A stretch of 64,000 bases of DNA from Candidatus Pacebacteria bacterium UBA6180. GTDB lineage: Bacteria; Patescibacteriota; Microgenomatia; UBA1400; PJMF01. The position numbers and the translations under genes are program-made. The notes beneath the pieces are model-generated. The model worked only from the letters and a program-made list of their open reading frames with translations, was not told the origin of the DNA and did no database searches. The stretch spans positions 7,919-71,918 of the forward strand of contig DITQ01000001.1 in NCBI GenBank assembly GCA_002422165.1, read 5' to 3'. Positions 55,377 to 64,000 of the stretch are shown one piece after another (positions within the stretch are counted from its first letter, which is position 1; every line of letters begins with the position of its first letter).

Positions 55377-55448
55377 TGACCCCATGGGGAATCGAACCCC
55401 AGTTATCGGGATGAGAACCCGATGTCCTAACCACTAGACGATGGGGCC
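55377..55448 (-). tRNA. tRNA-Glu (anticodon CTC), CCA not encoded
   Basis: The reverse complement GGCCCCATCGTCTAGTGGTTAGGACATCGGGTTCTCATCCCGATAACTGGGGTTCGATTCCCCATGGGGTCA folds as a cloverleaf. The anticodon loop is TTCTCAT. Confidence 0.8.
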
Positions 55449-55597
55449 ATTTTTTATCAGGCTGTTAACTCTGAAGATGTCTGGCGAGGGAATTATAGCA
55501 AAAGTTTGCTGATTTGCTAAGGTCTCTACAAACAGCTATTGGGAGAGGCCTTGAACTCTACACTTCTTGCAATCTTGGTGAGGGATAATTTCCTTAG

Positions 55598-56410
55598 ATG
55601 TTTTCAAAGATTTTTTACACTCTCATTTTCTTTTTTGTTGTGACTAGTCCTTTGGTAGCTCAGAGTTTCAGCTACCGTTTTACTTTGCCAGATAATACGA
55701 TCAATTTTCACTTTACTGCGCTGGAATTGCCTACGCCAGCAACTCCAGTCCCTCCCCCCAACCCAACTGAAACGGCATTACCAACTCCTGCAGCGTCAGC
55801 GGCTGCTCTGGTTTTGACTTATCAGCTGACGAGCGCAGTAGCGCTGCCGCCAGATCTACCACTAGTGGTAGCGGTTTACGATGAGCGAGTTTTGCTAACG
55901 GTGGATTCTCTACGGGTCAATTTGCCTCCAGAGCAAGTGACTTTTGATCTTGCTGGCTTAGATTTAGCCAAGCGTCAGGCTTTGCCAGTTTTTTATCAGA
56001 ATAGAAATCTTGGGAATTTTCACTTCCGGGTGATCGATTTGCAGTGGCTGACTGCTTTGCCGCAGGTCCAAGCAGGTGAAGTTGCGCTGAATGATCTGCT
56101 GGTTTTGCGGGAAAAGGATCAAACTTTGACCGTTTTGATAAAAGTTGCAGGAGATAGCAATTGGCAGAACTCTTATCGTTTAGTGTGTTTGGATGATCGG
56201 GGGATTGAAACTTATTCTGCAGCTATAGTTCGTAGCGATCATTTTTTGTGGCCAGGATTATTATTTGATCGGTTTAGCCCCAATCACCGCGGAGAGCTGA
56301 TTTTCAAGCTTGCCTCTTTTGCTTGTCACAACCAAGTTTATGCGGTTGATTCCTTAGGCAACAGCTCTAGCGCAGTTAGTATTATCGAGATGGAGGATTT
56401 GCAAATATGA
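55598..56410 (+). CDS. hypothetical secreted protein (270 aa)
   Basis: Signal MFSKIFYTLIFFFVVTSPLVAQS; Pro-rich segment PATPVPPPNPTETALPTPAAS. Confidence 0.55.
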   Translation: MFSKIFYTLIFFFVVTSPLVAQSFSYRFTLPDNTINFHFTALELPTPATPVPPPNPTETALPTPAASAAALVLTYQLTSAVALPPDLPLVVAVYDERVLLTVDSLRVNLPPEQVTFDLAGLDLAKRQALPVFYQNRNLGNFHFRVIDLQWLTALPQVQAGEVALNDLLVLREKDQTLTVLIKVAGDSNWQNSYRLVCLDDRGIETYSAAIVRSDHFLWPGLLFDRFSPNHRGELIFKLASFACHNQVYAVDSLGNSSSAVSIIEMEDLQI

Positions 56411-57000
56411 ATAAAATTATCATCGAGTGTTTCTTCAGGGAAGAACCTGCTTGTCAGGTCACTTCTTCCCTGTCAGCGATCCAGATCAATCATCCGCTTG
56501 AGCGCAATTTCCAGATCCAGTTAGTCAATTTGAGCCAGAGAGATTGCGATTTGTCTTTTCAGGCAAATGGTGAGCTTGGTAAGTTGATTGATCGTGAGTT
56601 GTCCCTTACCTTATCCTATGCTGACAAGGTGATTTTTCGTGGTCAGTTTACTGCTCTTTTAGACCAGTCTCAAGCCTTGGGGCTTTTGGCAGCAGAACAG
56701 ACATCTGACCTATGGTTTGATTTTGATTTATTACCCCTTCTGAATTTGGGTGCACCAGTCCAGTTTAATTTTGCTTTACTGTTTGATTTTGCCTGCACTA
56801 GTGTGCCATCACCTGACCGCTCTCCTAGTCAAGCAGCCAACTCGGCGGTCTTGGCAGTTAGTCAGGCGCCGCTGCCTCTAGAGTCAGCGGCGCCACCTGA
56901 CTTCACCTGGTTTTTTTATTTATTGTCTGGCTTGTTTGTGCTTGGTTTTTTTGTCATAATCAAATTCGTTCATGGCAAAAAGAAAAAGAAAAGCAATTAG
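56407..57000 (+). CDS. hypothetical protein with C-terminal TM anchor (197 aa)
   Basis: Overlaps the upstream gene by 4 nt; C-terminal FFYLLSGLFVLGFFVIIKFVHGKKKKK. Confidence 0.5.
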   Translation: MNKIIIECFFREEPACQVTSSLSAIQINHPLERNFQIQLVNLSQRDCDLSFQANGELGKLIDRELSLTLSYADKVIFRGQFTALLDQSQALGLLAAEQTSDLWFDFDLLPLLNLGAPVQFNFALLFDFACTSVPSPDRSPSQAANSAVLAVSQAPLPLESAAPPDFTWFFYLLSGLFVLGFFVIIKFVHGKKKKKSN

Positions 57001-57886
57001 CTTCTGGTCTCGTCTCGACTATTTATTCAAGCCACAGGCCGCCAATAAATATCGATCACAACTCTTGCATCCTCAGTCGTTATTAACGGTTTCACTTCTA
57101 GTGGTGGCTGCATTCGCCTTATTCAACGCAGTGCGCTTTTTCCCAACTTTAGCGGACCGAGTTTTGGGTTTTAGTTCCAACATCGACGTCAACAGTCTAC
57201 TAACTCAAGTTAACCAAGAGCGCGAGCAAATGGGTCTCAAGCAGTTAGTTCTCAGTGAGCAGCTCAATCAAGCTGCCCTCGCCAAGGCTCAAGACATGTT
57301 TAATGATCAGTATTGGGCGCACGTCGCTCCAGATGGCAAACAGGCTTGGGATTTTATCAAAGAAACTAATTACAGTTATCGTTTTGCTGGTGAAAACTTA
57401 GCTCGTGATTTCGACAACAGTTCTGAAGTGGTGCGAGCCTGGATGGCTTCACCTTCGCATCGTGAAAATATCGCCAATCCAGACTTTGCCCACATGGGTC
57501 TAGCGGTGGTCAACGGCAACCTCAAGGGTTTTAACACCACGCTGGTTGTGCAGTTGTTTGCGGTGCCGGCAGCGACGACCGCTCGCTCAGCCACTGGTCA
57601 AGCTTTCAACCTTCCCAAAGCGGCTGAGCCTAATTTCAAAGAAGGTGGTTTGGTTGCTGGTGAACAGAAACAAAGCAGCGAACTGGTGTTTTCACCGCTC
57701 AATGTCACTCGTGCCTTTTTCCTGATGGTGGTGCTCCTGATCGTTTTGACTTTGGCCTATGATTCTCTGGTAGCTACTAACCGCAAGTATGGCCGTTTGG
57801 CTGGAGAAAATGCTGCTCACATAGCAGTTTTCATCACTATCGCTTTTCTGCTGGTTTTATTCAAGGGAGGAGCAGTCTTGCCATGA
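56972..57886 (+). CDS. CAP/SCP (PR-1-like) domain membrane protein
   Basis: ...AQDMFNDQYWAHVAPDGKQAWDFIKETNYSYRFAGENLAR...AWMASPSHRENIANPDFAHMGLAV... CAP signature; TM segments at both the N- and C-terminus. Confidence 0.65.
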   Translation: MAKRKRKAISFWSRLDYLFKPQAANKYRSQLLHPQSLLTVSLLVVAAFALFNAVRFFPTLADRVLGFSSNIDVNSLLTQVNQEREQMGLKQLVLSEQLNQAALAKAQDMFNDQYWAHVAPDGKQAWDFIKETNYSYRFAGENLARDFDNSSEVVRAWMASPSHRENIANPDFAHMGLAVVNGNLKGFNTTLVVQLFAVPAATTARSATGQAFNLPKAAEPNFKEGGLVAGEQKQSSELVFSPLNVTRAFFLMVVLLIVLTLAYDSLVATNRKYGRLAGENAAHIAVFITIAFLLVLFKGGAVLP

Positions 57887-58140
57887 AAAGCTTCCTCAAG
57901 AAAAACCGTACTGCCTACTTGCTGTTATTATTAATTTTAACTGCTTTCACTGTTTTGTTTTTGCGAGCTTGGCCCGACCGTGAGCTGCAGCGCCAAATTG
58001 CTATTGGTTTTGGAGTTAGTTATTTCTCCTGGGGAGTCCTAACTCATCTCAAAACCAAGCGTATTAATAGTGAAATTATTTTCGAGTACTTAGCGATTGC
58101 TTTATTGGCTGTCTTGCTAATTGTCTTGATCACGCTATAA
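57883..58140 (+). CDS. small two-TM membrane protein (85 aa)
   Basis: Hydrophobic ORF overlapping the upstream stop by 4 nt. Confidence 0.45.
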   Translation: MKSFLKKNRTAYLLLLLILTAFTVLFLRAWPDRELQRQIAIGFGVSYFSWGVLTHLKTKRINSEIIFEYLAIALLAVLLIVLITL

Positions 58141-58178
58141 CTTGCTTTTAAAAAAGACTCGTGTTAACTTCTACTAAT

Positions 58179-58913
58179 ATGGCAAACAAAACAATGAAGG
58201 GCATTATTTTGGCTGGTGGATCAGGAACTCGTCTCCATCCCTTGACCAGAGTGACCAGTAAGCAACTGTTGCCAATTTACAATAAACCGATGATTCACTA
58301 TCCTCTCGAGACTTTGATCAAGTCTGGTATTAGAGATATTTTGATTATTGTTGCTCCAGATCATGCTGGGGATTTTCTCAAATGTTTGGGAAGTGGTAAG
58401 GAATATGGTTGCCATTTCACCTACGAAATTCAAGACAAGCCTGAAGGACTTGCCCAAGCTTTTGTAATTGGCCAGGATTTTATTGACAATGACAACGTGA
58501 CTTTAATTTTGGGCGACAATCTTTTTGAAGATGATTTTTCAGAAGCCATTCGCAATTTCAAGAGTGGTGGACGAATCTTTGCCAAGCAGGTGCCTGACCC
58601 TCAACGCTTCGGAGTGGTAGAGTTCGACGAGCATAAGAAGGCTATTTCCATCGAGGAAAAGCCAAAAAACCCCAAATCAGACTATTCAGTCACTGGTCTC
58701 TACATTTACGACTCGACAGTGGTTGATAAAGTCAAAAACTTAGCTTTTTCAGATCGCGGTGAACTAGAAATTACTGATCTCAATAACCTCTATCTTCGTG
58801 AAGGCAAGCTTGATGTAGCCTTTGTCGAAGGAAAGTGGTTTGACACGGGAACTTTTGAATCGATGTATGAGGCCACTTCCTTTGCTCGCGATCGCCATTT
58901 AGCCAAAAGCTAG
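58179..58913 (+). CDS. nucleotidyltransferase of the glucose-1-phosphate thymidylyltransferase (RmlA) family
   Basis: ...MKGIILAGGSGTRLHPLTRVTSKQLLPIYNKPMIHYPLE... RmlA-type N-terminus; short form of about 245 aa. Confidence 0.8.
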   Translation: MANKTMKGIILAGGSGTRLHPLTRVTSKQLLPIYNKPMIHYPLETLIKSGIRDILIIVAPDHAGDFLKCLGSGKEYGCHFTYEIQDKPEGLAQAFVIGQDFIDNDNVTLILGDNLFEDDFSEAIRNFKSGGRIFAKQVPDPQRFGVVEFDEHKKAISIEEKPKNPKSDYSVTGLYIYDSTVVDKVKNLAFSDRGELEITDLNNLYLREGKLDVAFVEGKWFDTGTFESMYEATSFARDRHLAKS

Positions 58914-58971
58914 TCAATCATTCTTTAATCATCTTGTTTCACAGGAAGTCTACTTGTTGTAGAATATTTTT

Positions 58972-59805
58972 ATGGTTGTTGCTTTGTTGTTTCTTTTTCT
59001 ATTTTCTTTTTCGGTGCATGCTCAGGAGGCAGCTCCCGTTTCTTCTGAGGCTGTTTTACTAAAAACAGATTTAATCTGGGAAAGAGGTCGTTTGGATGAT
59101 GAAATTGCCACGGTCAAAAGCACTTACCAATCTCAACTAGAGAATTATCTCTATCATGACAAGCTTTATCGCATTGCCTACGATCAAAACAAACAGCTCA
59201 ACACTTTGGTTTCCATAGAAGACGTCACTCAGAAAGGCAAGGCTTTAGGGATTTATAGAGACGAGGTTTTGATGACTTATTTCGAATTGTTGCGCTTGGA
59301 GCTGATCTCCACAGAAGGAGTTGAACTAAGTCTCAAGGAAAGATATATAGCTCGTTTGGAAGCAACAATTGTTTATTTAAGAGATCATCAGGAACAGCTC
59401 AAGACTCTTAATGACCGAGATCAGGTCGCTTCTTCATTGGCGACTTTCACTGCTGATCAGGGGGGCGTTGCTAATTTATCCAACGAAATTTTGGTCCTTT
59501 TGACAGTTGGCAACTTGCAAGCAATTTATGATAAGTCTTTTGTGCTCAAGCGAGACATTGATAAATTTTTGGAGCAAAATGGCACTTTAAGTTTGCCAGA
59601 AATTGATCGAGCTAGTTTTGAAACTAGTCGCAGCTTAGATTCCGCCAAACTTAAACTTGATGATTTTTGGGTGGAGACGATTAAGCGTGGTCAGGGCAAT
59701 TGGTACTTAGCCAAAATCTACGATGATTTGCCAAGAACCATGAACCCTATTTATGTTAATTTATCGCAGTCGATTTCTTATCTAAACGAACTATTAAGTC
59801 TTTGA
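58972..59805 (+). CDS. hypothetical secreted coiled-coil protein (277 aa)
   Basis: Signal MVVALLFLFLFSFSVHAQEA; helical and repeat-like. Confidence 0.5.
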   Translation: MVVALLFLFLFSFSVHAQEAAPVSSEAVLLKTDLIWERGRLDDEIATVKSTYQSQLENYLYHDKLYRIAYDQNKQLNTLVSIEDVTQKGKALGIYRDEVLMTYFELLRLELISTEGVELSLKERYIARLEATIVYLRDHQEQLKTLNDRDQVASSLATFTADQGGVANLSNEILVLLTVGNLQAIYDKSFVLKRDIDKFLEQNGTLSLPEIDRASFETSRSLDSAKLKLDDFWVETIKRGQGNWYLAKIYDDLPRTMNPIYVNLSQSISYLNELLSL

Positions 59806-59806
59806 A

Positions 59807-60175
59807 ATGATTTTTATGACCAGTCGCAATGAAAACAGCCAAGTCAACCAAACCGAGTTTGTCGACCAAGCTCCATTTTTGGACGGTCACCCACGTGAGT
59901 CTTTTAGTTGGCGAGATTTGCGAAACAACAAAAACCTTCGCCCCTTTTATATTTTAATTGGTCTTTTTGTTTTGCTAGTTTTTTTGTTTATGTTGCGGTC
60001 TATTTTTAATGTTCAGCCTGTGTTGGAACCAGAGCCAAAACAAGTGGAAGAGATGGTTGAACTAGGACCTCTCAATAAGCGCGTTTATGATTTACGCGAA
60101 GAACTAAAAAAGCACAATCCTACCAAACAGCGCCTGCCCTTTCCTCAGGTTGATTTGAAATTCAATATCAATTAG
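59807..60175 (+). CDS. hypothetical single-TM protein (122 aa)
   Basis: Central TM FYILIGLFVLLVFLFML; directly upstream of frr. Confidence 0.45.
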   Translation: MIFMTSRNENSQVNQTEFVDQAPFLDGHPRESFSWRDLRNNKNLRPFYILIGLFVLLVFLFMLRSIFNVQPVLEPEPKQVEEMVELGPLNKRVYDLREELKKHNPTKQRLPFPQVDLKFNIN

Positions 60176-60184
60176 AATGACCCC

Positions 60185-60739
60185 ATGCCAATTCACCAAG
60201 CCAATTATTTAGAAAAATTCATCAAAGCTCTGGATTTTGCTGCAAATAGCTTCGCTAGTTTGCGTACGGGTAAAGCGAGCGCGCAATTGCTTGATGGAGT
60301 TTTCGTCGAAGCTTATGGCTCCAAAATGGCGCTTCATGAAGTGGCTTCGATTTCTACTCCAGACACCCAGCTTTTGATCGTTAAGCCTTGGGATAAAAGT
60401 TTGTTGTCAGCAATTGAAAAAGCTATTCAGTTGGAGCAGCTCAACCTCAATCCGATTGTGGACGGAGATATTATACGTCTAGCAGTTCCTCCTTTGACTA
60501 AAGAGCGTCGTCAAGAAATGGTTAAATCACTCCATCAAAAAGCAGAAGAGGTTAAGGTCAATTTGCGAAATATTCGTTCTGACTTGCGTCGCGACATTGA
60601 TAAGCAAGATGGCATGCCAAACGTTAGCGAAGATGACATCAAGGCAGAGGTGGCAGAATTGGATGAAACAGTGAAGGAATACATGGTTAAGCTTGAAGAG
60701 ATGGTCAAACAAAAAGAACAAGAACTCCTGAATATCTAA
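60185..60739 (+). CDS. frr: ribosome recycling factor
   Basis: 184 aa; ...LDGVFVEAYGSKMALHEVASISTPDTQLLIVKPWDK... RRF signature. Confidence 0.9.
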   Translation: MPIHQANYLEKFIKALDFAANSFASLRTGKASAQLLDGVFVEAYGSKMALHEVASISTPDTQLLIVKPWDKSLLSAIEKAIQLEQLNLNPIVDGDIIRLAVPPLTKERRQEMVKSLHQKAEEVKVNLRNIRSDLRRDIDKQDGMPNVSEDDIKAEVAELDETVKEYMVKLEEMVKQKEQELLNI

Positions 60740-60742
60740 ATT

Positions 60743-61849
60743 ATGGAAGCGCTCATTTTTATTATTGTTTTGTCTGTTTTGGTGATTATTCACGAAGCTG
60801 GCCATTTTTTGGCGGCTAGAAGAAATAAAATCAAGGTTAAGGAGTTTGGCTTGGGTTATCCGCCTAGAGCTCGTCAGTTGTTCAGTTGGCGAGGGACGAT
60901 TTTTTCGCTCAACTGGATTCCTTTTGGTGGTTTCGTCCAGATGGAAGGTGAGAATGGTCCAGAAGAAAAAGATTCAGCTGATTCTTTTTATAATAAATCT
61001 ATTCGTGCTCGTCTGGAGGTTCTTTTAGCTGGAGTATTTTTCAATTTTGTCTTTGGTATTGTCGCTTTTGCGGTGGTTTTTTATCAGTTGGGAGTACCCA
61101 TATTGCTTTCTGGTCAGGCTCGCATCCAGGAAGTTTTGGCTGATTCACCAGCAGCAGCTGCTGGACTAGAAGCAAACACCAATATTTTAGCCTTCCAAGT
61201 CAATGGTGAATGGATTGAGACTAAAGAAATTAGTCAAATTCAGAATTTAGTGAGTGCTAATTTAGGAGAGACAGTTTTGGTCAGAACTTCACTGCCCTGT
61301 GATCAAGAAAAATGCCCAGTAGAATTTGCAGATTATTCTATATATTTGCGCAATAGTGAAGAAATCCCCTCTGATCAGGGTGCGATGGGAATTGTTTTTA
61401 GTGAAATGATTTTCAAAAACTATCCTTGGTACCAGATGCCTTTCGCCACCATTTCACAGGCTTTTAAACAATCTTTCGCCTTGTCAGCGATGATTTTGCA
61501 AGCTCTCTGGCAGATGATAATTGATTTGAGTGCGGGACGTGGATTACAGCAAGAAATTGCCGGACCAATCGGAATTGTTGATCAAGCCGCCACTTATGGG
61601 TTTTTCGATGGCGGTTGGTTAAGCATCCTCAATTTTGCAGCTCTTTTGTCTATCAATCTGGGCATCATCAATCTCTTGCCAATTCCAGCTTTGGATGGTG
61701 GCAGAGCAGTATTAGTGATCATGGAGAAATTCATCAAACGCAAATATCTTGACAAAGTAGCTAACTATCTTAACTATTTTGGTTATCTGTCTTTACTGGC
61801 GTTGATGGTTTTGGTATCCTTCAACGATATCAAGAATCTTTTTAAATAA
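60743..61849 (+). CDS. rseP: site-2 protease (RseP/M50 family zinc metalloprotease with PDZ)
   Basis: HEAGHFLAARR (HExxH) in TM1, a PDZ segment, and an LDGG motif (ALDGGRAV) in the C-terminal TM. Confidence 0.88.
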   Translation: MEALIFIIVLSVLVIIHEAGHFLAARRNKIKVKEFGLGYPPRARQLFSWRGTIFSLNWIPFGGFVQMEGENGPEEKDSADSFYNKSIRARLEVLLAGVFFNFVFGIVAFAVVFYQLGVPILLSGQARIQEVLADSPAAAAGLEANTNILAFQVNGEWIETKEISQIQNLVSANLGETVLVRTSLPCDQEKCPVEFADYSIYLRNSEEIPSDQGAMGIVFSEMIFKNYPWYQMPFATISQAFKQSFALSAMILQALWQMIIDLSAGRGLQQEIAGPIGIVDQAATYGFFDGGWLSILNFAALLSINLGIINLLPIPALDGGRAVLVIMEKFIKRKYLDKVANYLNYFGYLSLLALMVLVSFNDIKNLFK

Positions 61850-61854
61850 ATCGT

Positions 61855-62103
61855 ATGGCAAAAAGAAGAACCAAGAAGGAGCGTTTGCGGGCCAAAGTTA
61901 ATCGCAATAGTGCTCAAAAAAGCCAGCCGCAGGTCAAAACCGAATTAAAACTTGAGCCCAAAAAGGATCTTCCAAAGGTTTCTCCAACAATTAGCTTTTT
62001 TTCTCAAGATCCAAGCTTGATAAAAAAAGACCTCCAGAAGACTTTATTAGTCACACTGTTGGTTTTACTGGTTTTGTTCACTGTATCTTTATTATATACT
62101 TGA
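61855..62103 (+). CDS. small Lys-rich protein with C-terminal TM (82 aa)
   Basis: MAKRRTKKERLRAKVNR... followed by LLVTLLVLLVLFTVSLLY. Confidence 0.45.
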   Translation: MAKRRTKKERLRAKVNRNSAQKSQPQVKTELKLEPKKDLPKVSPTISFFSQDPSLIKKDLQKTLLVTLLVLLVLFTVSLLYT

Positions 62104-62133
62104 GACTTGCGTTACACCTAAGAAAGGATATTA

Positions 62134-63330
62134 ATGCCGAAAAAAAATCTTATTATTGCCCTCGCTTTGTATGTGGTCAGCACTGGTTTATCTTTCACTG
62201 CTTTTTCTGTTTTTGCTAAAAACGCTCCAGCTAATCAGGTTACCAATCCAGATCAGGATTCAACTACTACCTTGCTAAGTAGTTTGTTGGATATTGATCC
62301 CAACGAGCCTCGCGACCAAGCTTGTCCGCTAAATGGTGCTTATTACACTATGACCGAGCGCAATGCCTGGGAACAGCGTCGCCCAATTTTTATCATGATT
62401 GAAAATTCTCCTGATGCTCGTCCGCACTCTGGTTTGAGTCGAGCAGACATGGTTTTTGAGGCAGTGGCTGAAGGGGGAGTGACTCGTTTTGGTGTTTTGT
62501 ATTATTGTGCCGCTCAATACAGCGATGTGACCTTAGCTCCAGTGCGAAGCGCTAGAACTTACTTCGTTGATTGGGCTTCTGGGTTTAATTTGCCTCTCTA
62601 TACTCATGTGGGTGGTGCCAATGTCCCCGGACCAACCGATGCCCTTGGTCAAATCCGTGAATACGGTTGGGAAGGTAAAAATAACATCAATCAATTTTCG
62701 GTCGGTTATCCGACTTTTGTGCGCAACTATAACCGTGTCCCAGGCAAAGAAATTGCCACCGAACACACCATGGAAACTACCACTGAGGCGCTCTGGAAAG
62801 TGGCTGCTTCACGAGGTTGGACTGGTATAACTCCTCAGCGAGTTGTGGCGCGTCAGACTATTCCGGCGGCACCGTGGTCAGATGGCTACACTGGCTTGAC
62901 TTTTGAAGCTTCTGTGCCATCTATCTCGACTACTACTTCGAAAATCACTTATGATTTTTGGTCTGGCTATGGACAGTATTCGGTCGAGTGGAACTATGAT
63001 CAGGCCGCCGATGCTTATGAGCGTAAAAATGGCGGTGAAGCTGCCATCGACATTAACAACAATGAGCAAGTGGCCAGCAAGAATGTCGTGATTATGTTCA
63101 CTACCGAGAAAGGCCCCATCAATGAGAAAAAACACATGCTTTATGGCACTACTGGTCGTGGCAAAGCTCTGATTTTTAAGCACGGTCAGGCACCGATTGA
63201 GGCCAACTGGGTCAAAAAAGATCGTGAAGCTGAGTTGACTTTCGTCGACGTACGTGGCAATAATATCGAGTTTGCCAGAGGTCAAATTTGGATCTCAGTT
63301 TTGGCCAACGAATCGCCGGTTAAGTATTAA
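62134..63330 (+). CDS. DUF3048-domain secreted protein
   Basis: N-terminal signal-anchor; ...RPIFIMIENSPDARPHSGLSRADMVFEAVAEGGVTRFGVLYY... matches the DUF3048 N-domain pattern. Confidence 0.65.
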   Translation: MPKKNLIIALALYVVSTGLSFTAFSVFAKNAPANQVTNPDQDSTTTLLSSLLDIDPNEPRDQACPLNGAYYTMTERNAWEQRRPIFIMIENSPDARPHSGLSRADMVFEAVAEGGVTRFGVLYYCAAQYSDVTLAPVRSARTYFVDWASGFNLPLYTHVGGANVPGPTDALGQIREYGWEGKNNINQFSVGYPTFVRNYNRVPGKEIATEHTMETTTEALWKVAASRGWTGITPQRVVARQTIPAAPWSDGYTGLTFEASVPSISTTTSKITYDFWSGYGQYSVEWNYDQAADAYERKNGGEAAIDINNNEQVASKNVVIMFTTEKGPINEKKHMLYGTTGRGKALIFKHGQAPIEANWVKKDREAELTFVDVRGNNIEFARGQIWISVLANESPVKY

Positions 63331-63390
63331 GCGATTTTTTGATCAACTGCTGACAACTTGTGGGCTAAAGGGTTATAATCTTATATAGCT

Positions 63391-64000
63391 TATGCATAAA
63401 ATTTTAACTTTTCTTTTTGCCTGCTTTTTACTTATTTTCTCCAGCCAGCTAGTTTTGGCTTCTACTACTAGCCTTGGCTCTGATGCTCACTGCGATAAAC
63501 CTTGGTTTTACAAGTTTGACTTCGATGGTCAAGCAGTTAGCATTGAACATTGTGGACGTACTGATAGTGGTTCCATGGACTACACCATTACTAGCGTGGG
63601 AGCTGGTGAGTTATTGGTTTACTATGAGGCAAGTAACGCCACCATTAGATTAAAAGTAAACGGTAAGAGTTATACGCAGTCAGTTTCAGGTAAGGGCGTT
63701 TGGCGATCTGGAGTGAAGGTGGCGGTTGGAGATAAGATTAGTCTTCTAGCAGACATGAAAGACACGCCTTTTTCTGGTTGGACTAGTCCAAAAGACCAGA
63801 TGTGCAATGGTTTTTTTGGCGCTGGGTCCTTAAATGTTTCTGGCTTGTATAGTGCTATTAATAATGACGGCAACAAATTGCTCTCGGCACAGTGCTGGGG
63901 AGATGGTTATGCACATGAGAAAATTCTCAAGGAAAATCGTAGTAAACCAAACGTAACCATTAGTTGCTCTGGTTCCGCCAAAGATTGCCGCGACACCCTA
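63391..64000 (+). CDS. hypothetical secreted Cys-containing protein (3' end runs off the window)
   Basis: ATG at 63391; signal MHKILTFLFACFLLIFSSQLVLAS; the frame stays open to the end of the window. Confidence 0.5.

Noticed and set aside
1-64000. CRISPR arrays, transposases, integrases, prophage or other mobile elements
   Set aside because: No direct-repeat or spacer periodicity was seen, no transposase, integrase or recombinase ORFs, and no terminal inverted repeats. Both tRNA genes have ordinary flanks with no adjacent integrase.

Overview
The window looks like a gene-dense segment (about 45% GC) from a small-genome bacterium, probably of the CPR/Patescibacteria type. That placement is an inference from three things: no L30 and no map gene in the ribosomal cluster; Lys/Ala-rich extensions on S5, L17 and S9; and a truncated SufD. 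Standard genetic code is used; TGA is a stop in adk and iscS.

Layout, start to end:
- 1-9.5 kb: the conserved spc/alpha ribosomal block rplE-rpsN-rpsH-rplF-rplR-rpsE-rplO-secY-adk-infA-rpmJ-rpsM-rpsK-rpsD-rpoA-rplQ, then rplM-rpsI and a bidirectional terminator.
- 9.6-11 kb: HU, a VanZ-like protein, and a lamin-tail-domain protein.
- 11.1-18.2 kb: a Cys-rich ArsR regulator with a palindromic operator, then sufCBD-sufS-sufU, a DUF1858 protein, iscS and mnmA.
- 18.3-22.3 kb: purB-purA and an IMPDH/GMP-reductase-family gene.
- 22.3-24 kb: an unknown 568-aa protein.
- 24-30.7 kb: two divergent PMT/ArnT-like GT-C glycosyltransferases, a large surface protein with a Pro/Thr-rich linker, and a cytochrome-b5-like membrane protein. 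The second glycosyltransferase is split by an in-frame TGA.
- 30.7-32 kb: tRNA-Ser(GGA), a GGDEF diguanylate cyclase, and an RRM/RGG RNA-binding protein.
- 32.2-36.2 kb: a copper locus. It holds copZ, a DsbD_2-like permease fused to a cupredoxin-like domain, copA, and an ArsR regulator fused to a YHS domain.
- 36.3-38.2 kb: a SAM-I riboswitch with metK, and hsp20 with a CIRCE-like operator.
- 38.4-40.3 kb: an unknown secreted protein, a frameshifted PIG-L/LmbE deacetylase, and an unlisted 59-aa tail-anchored ORF.
- 40.3-49.3 kb: a type IV pilus locus. pilB and pilC are followed by five prepilin-type genes, one of 651 aa. An archaeal-type lipid module (CarS-like DUF46, a CDP-alcohol phosphatidyltransferase, a membrane hydrolase) sits between pilBC and the pilins.
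- 49.3-64 kb: a GIY-YIG protein, secreted and SBBP beta-propeller proteins, a Gfo/Idh/MocA oxidoreductase, tRNA-Glu(CTC), several secreted or membrane hypotheticals including a CAP-domain protein, rmlA-like, frr, rseP, and a DUF3048 protein.

One further feature stands out. An ~80-bp promoter/operator module is duplicated upstream of purB and of the second GT-C gene. Each copy has a hairpin with compensatory changes between copies, and the start codon sits 10 nt after the -10 box.

No CRISPR array, transposase or integrase was seen.
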